From the NCBI GenBank assembly GCA_030704615.1, contig CM060734.1, positions 22,196,001-22,260,000 of the forward strand: a stretch of DNA of 64,000 nt. Reading direction: 5' to 3'. The translations under genes were made by a program, and so were the position numbers. Positions 51,047 through 63,082 of this stretch are shown one piece after another (the stretch's first letter is position 1; each line of letters starts with the position of its first letter). A model generated the notes under the pieces. The model saw only the letters and a list, made by a program, of their open reading frames with translations. It searched no databases and was not told the origin of the DNA. Source of the DNA: Takakia lepidozioides. Its lineage: Eukaryota; Plantae; Bryophyta.

Positions 51047-52516
51047 ATGTCGGGGGTTGTGAATTCATGTTCTGGGGCGGGGTCGTCTGGGGGTCGGAGG
51101 AAGAGAAAACGTGCCCACGAGCGGGATAGCCAGGTCAACAAGCCAAACTACCCGGGACCGGATGCCTTGGATAGGGTGAGAGAAGTGGTAGTGGATTATT
51201 TCAAGGGTAGGGACATGATGAGGCTGGAGAGTGCTTATGTCAGGCATGGATGGGAGGGGTTTCAAATTTTCCAGAAGAATATGGAGAGGAAAATGATGAA
51301 CGCTTTGGCGGGGGTTAACTGGACGGCGGACAGGGACAAGCCGAAGTTCAATCGGTGGATCCAAAGCAGGGCGAAAGACGCCACGTGGAATTTGAGGCAG
51401 CTAATGAAGACATGGAAGGGTAGAATAACCGAGGGTCGGGTGCCCTCCGCCGAAGCTGAGTTAATGCGGCGTGTCGAGTATTGGGCTTGCTCGGCAAGTC
51501 AGAATTCACATCGCCGGACTAAGGTTGTCATTTGGAAGGCAGGGTCATCGGGCGGGGGGAGGCACAACTGGTCTTTTTACTTGAACTCTAGCGCGAAGGT
51601 GGTAGAGATTGGCCCTTACAAATAAGGAGGGTATGCTAAGGTCCGTTAGTGTAGGATTGTTGGCGATTCTAGAATACCGGAGCGTTGGGAGCTAGCGGGA
51701 AAAAAATCCAGGTCCAAAAATCCAGGTCCAAAAATCCAGAAAAAGCGTTGAGACAACATAACGACGAGTGTTTGGCAGTGAAGTTCCAGCATCCGGGTAT
51801 TATCTCATATTTTGCTGTGAATACACGTGACGTAGAGGGTTACACTTGCTGGTGGAATGGGGGGACAATACGCGACATGATGAACCTTGACAGAAAATGG
51901 GGCAACGATTCGGACAACGGGATGATTTTGGAACAAAGGAGAACGGAAGCAGAGTTCCAGGAATGCAATCGTTTGCTTCGTTTCCGGAAAGTGCGCAGTA
52001 AACTTGCATGGGCACTGGTGTGCATCATGGATGTTGTCCACAAGAACGGTGTCCTACACAACGACTTGTCCCCCGATAACATCTTGTTGCATTTTCCAGA
52101 TGGCACCGAGGAGATCAAGATTGGGGTGTGTGATTGGGGCTTAGCCACCCCATTGGGTATACGCAAAGCCTTGCCGTACCAGTTTGAAAACCAAGACAAG
52201 TTGGACCGGGAATTCGCGAAAAGATGGTGGGTGGAAAAAGATATTGCATCGGTTTTCAATGCGAATGCCCCCCCCCCAGGACATGACGTCGGAGGCCTTT
52301 GCCGTTGGGAAGATAACGGTACGAATAAATGGCGGCGCTTATTATGATCAAAGTATGTTCGAGGACCAATTTACGGGAGGTTGTTGGCATTCAATGCTAC
52401 AAAGGTTGTACGACAACAACAAGAATGAGAGAGTCACATTAGCCCATGTAGTACTTCGGTTCATGGGCAAGCCATTCAATTGGTCTGAGCCGAAAGACGT
52501 ATATAGGACGGAGTAG
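51047..52516 (+). pseudogene. Atypical Ser/Thr protein kinase with a novel ~190-aa N-terminal domain (copy 1)
   Basis: GGYAKV loop, ELAGK, HPGII, HNDLSPDNILLHF, DWG. Stops at 51623 and ~51646; frameshifts at a short duplication (~51700-51735) and a poly-C run (~52268). Coding region is intronless. Confidence 0.85.
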
Positions 52517-52611
52517 ACCATAGTCTCGTAGATATGAGATTTGTGGCGGTACAATGGTTCTTTTATGAAGACAGAACTCAATTTTGATCGTGCATGTAAT
52601 AAGTAAAGTCC

Positions 52612-52990
52612 CATTGTTTATATTTGTAATCTTCCAACGTTTCCGCTAGGGTTCTGAAAAAATGATGTATTAGTTCCGTAGGAGTTAAACAACAAACGTC
52701 CCACATCTCAGTCGGATGTGCGACACTACCATGAGAGGCATGGATTGGAAAGTAATAGGTGCACATGCGACCTCCGAAGTCCGAACGTTTCATACTAGGT
52801 CCAGCGAATGGTCTACTTGAACGTCCGGAGGTCGCATGTACACCTATTATTTTTATGTCACTCATGGTAGTGTCGACATTTGAATGAAATATAGAACGTT
52901 TGTTGTCTAACTCCTACGGAACCAATATATCATTTTCTCCGTACTCTGTCAGAAACATTGAAACATTCGAAGTTACAAACAGTGATACAA
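52612..52990. repeat. Long imperfect foldback (arms ~165 bp, loop ~50 bp)
   Basis: TAATAGGTGCACATGCGACCTCCG pairs with CGGAGGTCGCATGTACACCTATTA; AAATGATGTATTAGTTCCGTAGGAGTTAAACAACAAACGT pairs with ACGTTTGTTGTCTAACTCCTACGGAACCAATATATCATTT. Confidence 0.88.
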
Positions 52991-53137
52991 TACACGGCCG
53001 GTTTTGTTGAAATGACGTATGTGAGGTTCGAGCGTATGCAATTTATTATTTACAACAGAACTTTATTTACTCGGGGGACCGGTACTGCTGCAGGAGTGCA
53101 ACTGATGGTGCGAGTTCTCTATTGATTGGAGCTGTCA

Positions 53138-53527
53138 CAACCAATGTCAACAATCATATTTACGGTAAGGTGTTTCATGTTATTGTTGTTCCTCTAGCTG
53201 AATTCTGTAATACTCTTTTTTGCTATTCCCATGCCAACAACATCAGGTCCTTTGAGACTGTCATATTCAAACGAATGTATCAGCCACCCCGGCCAGCTTG
53301 CAGGCTGCAGCCACGGCCCACCATAAATTGAATGAATTGGAGATTTTGTGCTCAGTTCCTGATTTCATGTCTGTGGTGGCTAATACGGAATTCGGAATAT
53401 GACAGTCCCAGTGGACCTGATGTTGTTGGCATGGGAGTAGCAAAACGATTCATAAAAAAATCAGCTACATGAACATCGACAGTATGAAACACCTTGCAGT
53501 ACATGTGATTCTTGAGATTGTTTGCAC
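53138..53527. repeat. Second long imperfect foldback (arms ~150 bp, loop ~85 bp)
   Basis: TTTGCTATTCCCATGCCAACAACATCAGGTCC...ACTGTCATATTC pairs with GAATATGACAGT...GGACCTGATGTTGTTGGCATGGGAGTAGCAAA. Confidence 0.88.
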
Positions 53528-53912
53528 GGATTATTTGTGTTTGTGCCTTCAAGTGGCGAACATTTCCGCCATGGTGCGGAAGAGGTGCATTGGCCACATT
53601 AAACGGTTGATGTGATACCATTTCACAAATGTATCACATCGCATTTGTGAAAAATATATCACATGAACCGTTCCATGTGGCCTACGGGAGTCTTCGATGG
53701 GTATGAGATCAATGTGGCCTACGAGATCAGCTTCCACCAACAAACATGTGATCATTTCAGAAGCGCTTGAAGCGACGATGGGCAAGGTTCTTCATCCAGA
53801 TGTTCAACATGCTGAGGTCTTCTGTAATGTCTCTTGCTTCGTAATGAGGTGCTTCTCCAACAATTTTTCCAATGTTGATATACTCCATTTGGAACATATC
53901 CACACGTGTGGA

Positions 53913-55990
53913 CTAATATGAGATCAATCGAAATTCATTCGATGGCTCAACGGATGGTTGGCCATCGAAATGATTTTGATTCGCTTTAAGACTTGGTCAG
54001 TATGTTCAATGTACCATGTAAGAGGTCCCAGAGTAATATGAGATCAATCGAAATTCGTTCAATGGGCCAACGGATGGTTGACCATCCAAATGATTTTTGT
54101 TCGCTTTGAGACTTGGGCAGTGTGTTCAATGTACCATCTCACATGTCCCAGTGTAATATGAGATCAATCAAAATTCGTTCAATGGGCCAATGAGGCGTTC
54201 ACTTGTCATCTGGTTTTTATTCGTTGCGAAAAAAAAATCTTGCACGGCTATTACACCCATTGAACGGATGTGGTTGAAGCCCCTCTTTTGCCCGCATGTG
54301 CTTGAATATGTGTGCAACACATGTGCCGAGACACAACAGAAGAACAAATCATTTGCCTCCCCATCGACGCGCTCACCCCTCAAGCCATTCGAGAATTTAA
54401 TTGAATTTAAATGAATTTTAAGCCAATAAATAGGTTTGCACTGCCTTTGATTGGGGGTTTCTGGCACATATTGATTTTGTTTCTGACTCGATTTTGTTCT
54501 GTGGCTTCAAGCATCCTACCGCTATTCCCCCGCCAAAATTTGGACCAATTAAAAATGTCAAAAAAAAAATGTTCTCTTCATTCACTATTGCAAAACTCTC
54601 TATGAAGAGTGCATGAAGTAGAACACAAATCTAGTTTGTAGTGCAAAACAGGGAAGAAACAGTGGTTTTGGGTCCAAATGAATTTTGTTCGCTCCCAAAT
54701 TTGGCACGCACGTTGCATATAGAGTCATTACACGTCTTATTCAAAAACAGAATGAAAAAATAAATCATGAGCACGCGAAACGCAGTCCAACAGGTCCCAA
54801 AGTAATAGCAGATCCAATGGAATTCATTCAACGGGTGAACGGATGGTTGCCCATCCAAATCATTTTTGTTTGCTTCCAAACTTTGCGAGTACATTCGGGA
54901 CACCCTCTCACAGGTCCCAGACTAATATGAAATCAATCAAAATTCATTCAATGGCTCAACGGATGGCTGGCCATTGAAATAATTTTGGTTTGCTTTGAGA
55001 TCTGGCCAGTATGTTCAATGTACCATGTAAGAGGTCCCAGAGTAATATGAGATTAATCGAAATTCGTTCAATGGGCCAACGGATGGTTGCCCATCCAAAT
55101 GATTTTTGTTCGCTTTGAGACTTGGGCAGTGTGTCCAATGTACCATCTCACAGGTCCCAATGTAATATGAGATCAATCGAAATTTGTTCGATGGGCCAAT
55201 GAGGCGTTCACTTGTCATCTGGTTTTTGTTCATTGCGGAAAAAAAACTGCCTTTCATTGGGGGTTTCTGGCACGTATCGATTTTGTTTTTGGCTCAATTT
55301 TGTTCTGCGGCTTCAAGCATCCCACCGCTACTCCTCCGCCAAAATTTTGACCAACCAAAATATCCCAAAAAAAAAAAAATCTCTTCGCTCATTATTGCAG
55401 AACTCTCTATGAAGAGTGCATAAAGTAGAACACAAATCTAGTATGGAGTGCAAAACAGGGAAGAAACAGTGGTTTTGGGTCCAAATGAATTTTGTTTGCT
55501 CCCAAATTTGGCATGCACGTTGAATATGGAGTCATTACACGCCCCATTTAAAAACAGAATGAAAAAAAAATCATGACCACGCAAAACGCAGTCCAACAGG
55601 TCCCAAAGTAATAGCAGATCCAACGGAATTCATTCAACGGGTGAACGGATGGTTGCCCATCCAAATCATTTTTGTTTGCTTTCAAACGTTGCCAGTACGT
55701 TTGGAACACCCTCTCACATGTCCCGGACTAATATGAGATCAATCGAAATTCATTTGATAGCTCAACGGATGGTTGCTCATCGAAATGATTTTGGATCGCT
55801 TTGAGACTTGGCCAATACATTCAATGTACCATGTAAGAGGTCCCAGAGTAATATGAGATCAATCGAAATTCGTTCAATGGGCCAATGGGTGGTTGCTCAT
55901 CCAAATGATTTTCGTTCGCTTCGAGACTTGGCCAGTATATTCAACGTACCATCTGACAGGTCCCAGAGTAATATGAGATCAATCGAAATT
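53913..55990 (+). repeat. Higher-order tandem repeat: ~107-bp monomers inside ~1-kb units
   Basis: Monomer TAATATGAGATCAATCGAAATTCGTTCAATGGGCCAACGGATGGTTGCCCATCCAAATGATTTTTGTTCGCTTTGAGACTTGG...; block ~54440-54930 is repeated at ~55248-55735. Confidence 0.9.
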
Positions 55991-56445
55991 ATTTTGTGCT
56001 TCGAGAACTTTGTGGGTATGTTCGTCATACGTAGAAAAATCATAGATTTTGCGAAATGATTATGAAATACGCAGGGACCAGGCGAAATTTGTCTGGAAAA
56101 TGACCGTTCGTAACTCGTTATAACTTATTGGTTAACATCAATTTTCCTTGTTCTCCAGCTTTCGGAGTTCATTGCAGATACCCACATACAAGTCATGACC
56201 AAATATGACACCACTGTAAATTTGTTTACAGGGTGAACCACTTCTTCCCCGTCACACGAGTGTAAATGTAAAGAAAACGCTGCTCATGCAATTGAAATTG
56301 GCAGGTGCCGCACATGTGCATTGTGTATTAATAAAATTGGTGCATATACAAAATTGGCGGAATGCTATCACTGTGTTTCCAACAATATTCAAGGTACAAC
56401 AAGAATGCACATTGTCTATGTACTACGTTGTCAGTCATTAAAAGC

Positions 56446-58329
56446 TTAGTCGTCACTGTCCGAGGACAAGGGATGTGATGTTGTGGCCTGATTTGCACTG
56501 CCAATACGGAGAGCTTGCGACCATGATCTCGTGGTCAATGAGGGGCCTAATGGCATGTGATCAATTCTGGCCTGCATCCGCCTACTTCACGACGAAAGTT
56601 GACTTTCTTCTTCACTCTCACGACGTGGCAGAGGTGGATCGACAACAAGTGCTCGGGCTGCATGCAAATCGACAACGAGACTATCCACATTTGACAATAG
56701 AGCCCCCAAAACACGATGATAACGGTATGTCCATAGTCGCCTCCATTGCTCTACAACTGCCTTGATGGTACTTTTGAAACTTTCCAACTGCCTCTCGCGG
56801 GCCCTGTCCCTAATCATTGTGTCATCTAGACGATAACCCGCCTCGTATGCCTCATTCATTCGACATTGACATATTATAGCATCTTCCAGTTCGGACAACA
56901 ACAAATGTCTCCCAATCGGTTCTCGGTTATACAATTCGTTCTCCTCCGACACCCATGGAACATGTGGGAGCCGGATAAACTTGGACCTTCTCTGACTCCA
57001 ATGCCCTCCCAAATTGCGGCAAAACTGCTCTCTCTCTCCTACCAATCGGGAATGCCTCTCGCACGTATGGTTATCTCCCAGTCAGATGTGACCCAGAAAT
57101 ACTGGGGATCTTTAACGTATTCCGGGTTTCCGGCATGTATGCCATGCATCTCTCTGTTTGCATCCCATACCAAGTTCTTGCCCCAATGCACACAATTCAG
57201 AAATGTCAATGGTAGCCCATCTAATGGGAGGTTGTGTCGATTGTATTCAAAACCTATGGGCATCCTTTCTTCCAAGCCCACCAGCTCATAGAAACGGCGA
57301 TGGATTGGTGTACGGCATTCTGGGCAAGCGCTCATCCGCAAGGCTTGTGGGATAAGACATGTGAGATGGAACATATGTCCACATGATCCAAGCACATGAC
57401 ATCCCTCTGGGCCTTATGGATTCCTGCACATCGAACAAACTGTGTCATCTGATATCCGTGACGGCAAAACGCGACGTGGTATCTCCTCCCTCTGGGCCGG
57501 TTTGATGTGGCTGGTCATCTTTGTTGTGGTGTCCCACTCCTCCTCTATCTCCAATTCCCAGTTTATGCTTCTGTTCTACCCCGAAATTCTGTGCTCACAT
57601 CGATCGAACATAGAATCCATATCTGCCGACTTGATATACCCGGCGAACACGTTTGATGCGCTGCGAAGATCGTTATACATTTGCATGTTGGCATAAATGT
57701 TATCCACGTTACGATTTGACATGCGTGCGACACGTTGCAAGGCTGACAGTGCCCGCTCTACCCGTGCTTCTCTGGAGGTCAAATGGGTCACCCATTGTAC
57801 CCAATTATCCCAATCGCCATTCAATGGGACCCATGTCCAAATCTCCAATGTTTTGGACAATGCCATGCAGTTGTCATGGCAATGTCCCGCTCCTTTGTAA
57901 CGCAGTCGACATCAGATATCAGATTAATCTCGGATTGAATGGTGACCCTCGAGCATTCCCCGGTTTCCAGTACTGGTTCTTTTCGTTTCCTCATTCTCTC
58001 ATCCGCAATTCACTGTTCCTCAACCATGGTTTCATCGGCCGCAGGGTCAAGGACGTCCGTAATTTCGTGAATGATGAGGTCAATACTGCGATCGAGCATT
58101 GGAAACTCCGCGTCCATGTCCACGACGTTTGTTCGATCCTCATTGTGGACAACGGTGCCTTCATTGTTTGGAGGCATGTCTTGCAATCTAGCTTCCAACT
58201 CGGCTATGCGCAGTGTTTGTCAGTCCAGTCGGTCCTGATTCGCTGGTCTCTTTCCGCCAGTTGTTCTTCTAACGTTGTAGCTGGTTGTGTTCCAAACGTG
58301 TCCGGGATGTACTCCAAATCGTATAACAT
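56446..58329 (-). pseudogene. Intronless RING-H2 E3-ligase-like gene with coiled-coil N-terminus (~600 aa reconstructed)
   Basis: CSMC...SCGHMFHLTC...CPECR gives C3H2C3 RING-H2 spacing. ORF-track pieces 58010-58198, 57576-57866, 57039-57395 and 56587-57045 join across single-codon stops and about two frameshifts. Confidence 0.8.
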
Positions 58330-58784
58330 CCTTGCGTTCCTCCTACTAGCAGTTTGTCAATTCACTGGACGCAACAATATGACCTCCCCGCTTGTCTTAT
58401 GATAAAAAACGATCTGAAAAGAAAAGTGTATCAATTTATGCATCTACAGCGACCTCCTTACGTTAGAGACGGTGCGGACAGATTATGGATGATGCGTACA
58501 CATGTCTAAGCGATAAAAGGAAGAAGGTTGTTAGGATGAACAGCCCTAGTTGCAAATTTGGATGTGACATGGCGTTGACGCGTCAGCATCACGTCCGACG
58601 TCAGCGACGGACGTGCGTCACGTCACGTCCTAAACCGACGTTACTATATATAAATATGTTTTTTTTTCAACTTTACTATTGATTATTTACTATGAGAACC
58701 GACGTGGCAACCGATGTGGCCTCATTACGCAAACTTCATTAATTATCTGTAAATTTCATATATTATGATTTATATTGTCAATCA

Positions 58785-59260
58785 TGCGACCGTCAGCAAA
58801 GGTTGGTTGGACAAATTTTTATTTTTTTGAAATAGGTGCGACCACCAGAAGGGGGTGGTCGCACATTTTTTCTTATTTTTTAAATGGGTGCGACCACCAG
58901 CAGGTGCTGGTGGTCGCAACATTTTTATTTTTTTTAATAGGTGCGACCACAAGCAGAGGGTGGTCGCACATTTTTTCTTTTTTTTAAATTGGGTGCGACC
59001 ACCAGCAGGTGTTAGTCGCAATTTTTTCTTTGTTTTTAAATAGGTGCGACCACCAGCAAGTGGTGGTCGCAACTTTTTCATTTTTTAAAAATATGTGTGA
59101 CCACCAGCAAAGGATGGTCGCACATTTTTAATTATTTTTTAAATGGGTGCGACCACCAGCAGGGAATGGCCGCACATTTTTAATTATTTTTTAAATTGGT
59201 GCGACCACCAGCCGGTGGTGGTCGCAGATTTTTCTTTTTTTGTTATTAGGTGCGACCGCT
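58785..59260. repeat. Array of ~9 palindromic units GTGCGACCACC-(N4-8)-GGTGGTCGCA with ~52-bp period
   Basis: Units start near 58836, 58888, 58941, 58992, 59044, 59096, 59147, 59199 and 59250, separated by T/A-rich spacers. Confidence 0.9.
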
Positions 59261-59265
59261 CCCTA

Positions 59266-59333
59266 GACACGTGGCGAGGCGTGAATGGGCAGCAGAGGCG
59301 GTCGCACGTCAGGCCTCTCCAGGCTGTATATAA
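59266..59333 (+). promoter_or_regulatory. Putative promoter of kinase copy 2: ABRE/G-box GACACGTGGC and TATA box TATATAA
   Basis: G-box at 59266-59275, TATATAA at 59327-59333, then a plausible 5'-UTR intron (GTGAGT ~59375 to CCGCAG 59610) just before the ATG at 59623. Confidence 0.45.
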
Positions 59334-59622
59334 GGGCCTACCCCTCATTTCCAACCCACTTTTTTCCCTCTCTGTGAGTGCGGTTCTGGGGCTTCTTGGA
59401 GTTTGAACTTCGGTGGCCAGGACTGAACGTGGGGGGGGGGGAAAGTGGATTTGTGTGGGGGAGGAGTTTTTGCCTTTTTTTCCTGGGACTGCGGGAGAGT
59501 TTGCTTTGGGTACTATACCAATAGAGGGTGAGGAAATCGGTCTGCTAGTATATAAGGTTATCAATAGTTTGGGTTTAGTTTTCCGTTACGAAGCCGCGTC
59601 TATTCCGCAGAGTACTTTCATC

Positions 59623-61128
59623 ATGTCCGGAAACGTTGTTTCAAACGCAGTGTCAGGGGGTTCCTCGGGAAGTGGGCGTAAAGGTAGGAAGCGTAAACAT
59701 GCACATGAACGGGATAGTCAGGTCAACAAAAAAGACTATCCAAGCGCAGAGGCCGCGACGGTGGTGAAGCAAGTAGTGTTGGATTATTTGAAGGACAATG
59801 ACATAATGCGTTTGAATATTTTGTATGTCCGACATGGGAATGAGGGGTTCCTTAGATTCCAGCACAATATGGAGATGAGAATGAGAGAGGCTTTGGCCGG
59901 GGATGAATGGGAGGAGGACAGGGCGAAGTTCCAGTTCACGAAATGGATGGAGGACCGGGCCCATGATGCCACATGGAATCTGAGGCAAACCATGGACTAG
60001 TTTGTTACGAGAACACCTGTAGCTGAAGGTCGCATGCCAACTTCGGAGGAGGAGTTGTTTGTGCTTGTGGATTGGTGGTCTAACAGGGCAAAGGCCCACG
60101 CCAAACGACGTACAAAACCACTCCCATGGAAGGCAGGGTCCTCGTCCGCGGATGCAGCATTGAACGTGAGATACATATCCACAAACGCACAGGTACAACA
60201 ACTCGATGCGCCCAAACATGGAGGGTATGGTACAATTCGGAGGGTTAGAATTGTTAGGGATCAATTCATTCCTCCATCTTGGGAGCTAGCAGGGAAAACG
60301 CCCAGGGAAACAAATGCTGAGCTTGCCAAAGTCCAACATAACAATGAGGCGTTGGCTGTAAAGTTCCATCATTTCGGCATCATAAAGTATTTTGCGTTGC
60401 ATCCACGTCGAAATGAAGGTTACACACATTGGTGGAATGGGGGACCATACGATCATGGTTGAGTATTGACAGGATGGGGGAATGATTGGGATAACAGGGA
60501 GTTAATGGAACGACGGGGGACGGAGCAGGAAATGCAGGAGGTCAACCGACTAGTTCAATTCCGACAGAATCGCACCCAATTAGCATGGGCGCTTTTGCAC
60601 ATCATGCTCAACGTCTATAATCACCACCTCTTGCACAACGACATGTCCCCCGACAACATCTTGTTGCATTTTCCACAAGGGTCTGAAGATGTGTACATCG
60701 GGGTATGCGATTGGGGGATGGCCTCCACGACGGATGACCCAAAAACCACGTTGTACATTTTCGAGAGCAGAGACAAGATGATAAAGACTCTCGCACATAG
60801 ATGGTGGATTGCACCTGAAATTGCAATTGTTCATAATGTAGCTAACAACCAGTCAGATGGCACACCTCGTAGGCCCCCTCTAACCGTGCCATCAGAGACC
60901 TTTGCAATTGGGAAGATAGCCCAGGCAATAAATGGGGGTAACACGTTCGATGCAAGTCTGTTCAACGATATGTCTATTGGAACCTGTTTTGCTTCCGCTC
61001 TGGAAAACTTGTGCGTAGACACAGTAGAGTTGCGGTACAAACTAGAAAATGTTGTGAAGCGTTTCATGACGGGGCTATTCAATTGGCCTGAGCCCAAAAA
61101 TTGCTGGAGGATGGATAGAAACTTGTAG
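59623..61128 (+). pseudogene. Atypical Ser/Thr protein kinase with the same novel N-terminal domain (copy 2)
   Basis: GGYGTI, ELAGK, NNE, HFGII, HNDMSPDNILLHF, DWG, WIAPE. One TAG at 59998 and a frameshift at ~60440-60466. Confidence 0.87.
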
Positions 61129-61274
61129 ACCTCTTACTGTACATCATGTTTGAATAAATGTTGTTTTCAATTGTGTTTGTCTTGTACCATAATGTTTTAT
61201 GGTTTGTTACTTGGCCAAGGCACCTGGGTCCATCATATAGGATAATCAAGCACCACACCCACGAATCTTCAAGA

Positions 61275-63070
61275 GTGACAGTGTACACCGGGTCAATGGG
61301 TGAACCAATCGTTCCCATGCCAAATGATTTTAGATTGATTTGAAACTTTGGGAGTGTGTTATACATGCCCTCTTTAAGTTACCGGACAAGTATGAGGTCA
61401 ATCTAAAATGGTTCTAAGGGTGAACCAATAGTTCCCCTCTGAAATGATTCATGATTGAAAATTGGTTGAAAGGTTTAACGAATCGTTCGGGGGGCAAATG
61501 ATTATTTCTTCGCTTGCAACTTTGTATACGTGATTTGTACGTACTTAAGCACATATGGACCAAAGTTGAACTTCAACAAAGTTGTTTGAATTGGTTATTC
61601 AAATTCATAAGGAGAAACAACTTTTCGCCTGCACATGAATTGTTTTTAATTCCATTCTGAAGCCATATGCTTGATAACAACATGAAGAGTTACATGCAAA
61701 ATATCACCATGAACAGACATCGTCTGCATCCAAAACACATTTTATTCCCTTATTTGCACTCCAAGGTGAAGTTATCTTCAACTTCATGCACTCTTCATAA
61801 ATAGTTCTGCAATAGTGAGCATAGAGCAAAGGATAAACGTTTTTTTTCCAAACATTTTTCTTTGGTACATTTTTTGGCAAGGATGTGGTGGTGTGAGGGT
61901 TCAACTCACAGAACAAAATCAAGCCAAAAACAAAATCATTGCGTCCCACACTCATTGCGCCCCACAATCCTATGCCCTCTAAATCATTTTATTTAGTAAA
62001 AATCCAGTTCAATTCAAAATTGGATGAAAGGGTGAACGGAAACTTCCCCGATGAAATGATATTTTATTGCTCCGAAACTTTGCAAGTGTCTTCTACATGC
62101 CCTCTTACACGTCTTTGAGAAGTATGACATCAATCAAAAATGGTTTAAAGGGTGAACCAATCGTCCCCCCACCAAATGATTTTAAATTGATTTGAAACTT
62201 TGCAAGTGTCTTGTACATGCCCTCTTACAGGTCTTTCACAAGTTTCAAATCAATCTAAAATGGTTAAAAAGGTGAATCAATCATGAACATATCAAATGAT
62301 TTTGGAGTGCTTTAAAGCTTTGCAAGTGTCTTTCACATGCCATTTTAAAGGTACCGGACAAGTATGAGGTTAGTAAAATATGGTTGAAAGGGTGAACCAA
62401 TTGTTCCCCTATCAAATGATTTTACATTGCTTTGAAGCTTTGCAAGTGTCAGCCACATGCCCTCCTACAAGTACCGGACAAGTATGACGTGAATAAAAAA
62501 TGGTTGAAAGGGTGAACCAATCATTCCGCTATCAAATGATTTTATATTGCTTTGGATGTCATTGCTTTGGTAATTCTAGCCCCCCAATGGCCCATTGTAA
62601 CCCTTGAATTACAATTCAAAATGCAATTCAAGCCCTTAAAATTGGTACTCCCAGTCCCTAAAATGACCAACCCCGGCCGCCCCTCAAATTGTAATTTGAG
62701 CCTTTGAAATTGTCAATTCCAACCCCTCAAATTGCACTTCTAGCCCCTGAAATGACAATTCCCGCCCCTCAAATTGCAACTGTAGCCTGTGAAATGGCAA
62801 TTGCTAGGGCAGCCCCTCGAATGGCAGTTTCAGCACCTCAAATTCCAAGTCCAGCCCCTAAAATTGGCAATTCGAGCCCCATACATGGCAATTTCAGCCC
62901 CTGAAAATGGCTATGGGTGAACCAATCATTCCCCTGCCAAATGATTTTGGATTCATTTGAAACTTTGCGAGTGTCTGGTACATGCCCTCTTAAAGTCACT
63001 ACACAAGTATAATGTCAATGTTAAAAGGTTCAAAGGGTGAACCAACAGTTCCCCTGTTGGATGATTCATG
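61275..63070 (+). repeat. Diverged ~107-bp monomer arrays plus a ~21-bp minisatellite (62570-62905)
   Basis: GGGTGAACCAAT...CAAATGATTTT...AACTTTGCAAGTGTC...ACATGCCCTC units; AATTGCAATTCCAGCCCCT-like short repeats. Confidence 0.8.
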
Positions 63071-63082
63071 ATTAATCAATAA

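Noticed and set aside
57653-58402. 249-aa plus-strand ORF
   Set aside because: Antisense shadow of the minus-strand RING gene.
58785-59260. CRISPR-like array of palindromic repeats
   Set aside because: Eukaryotic context, degenerate repeats, low-complexity non-unique spacers and no cas genes.
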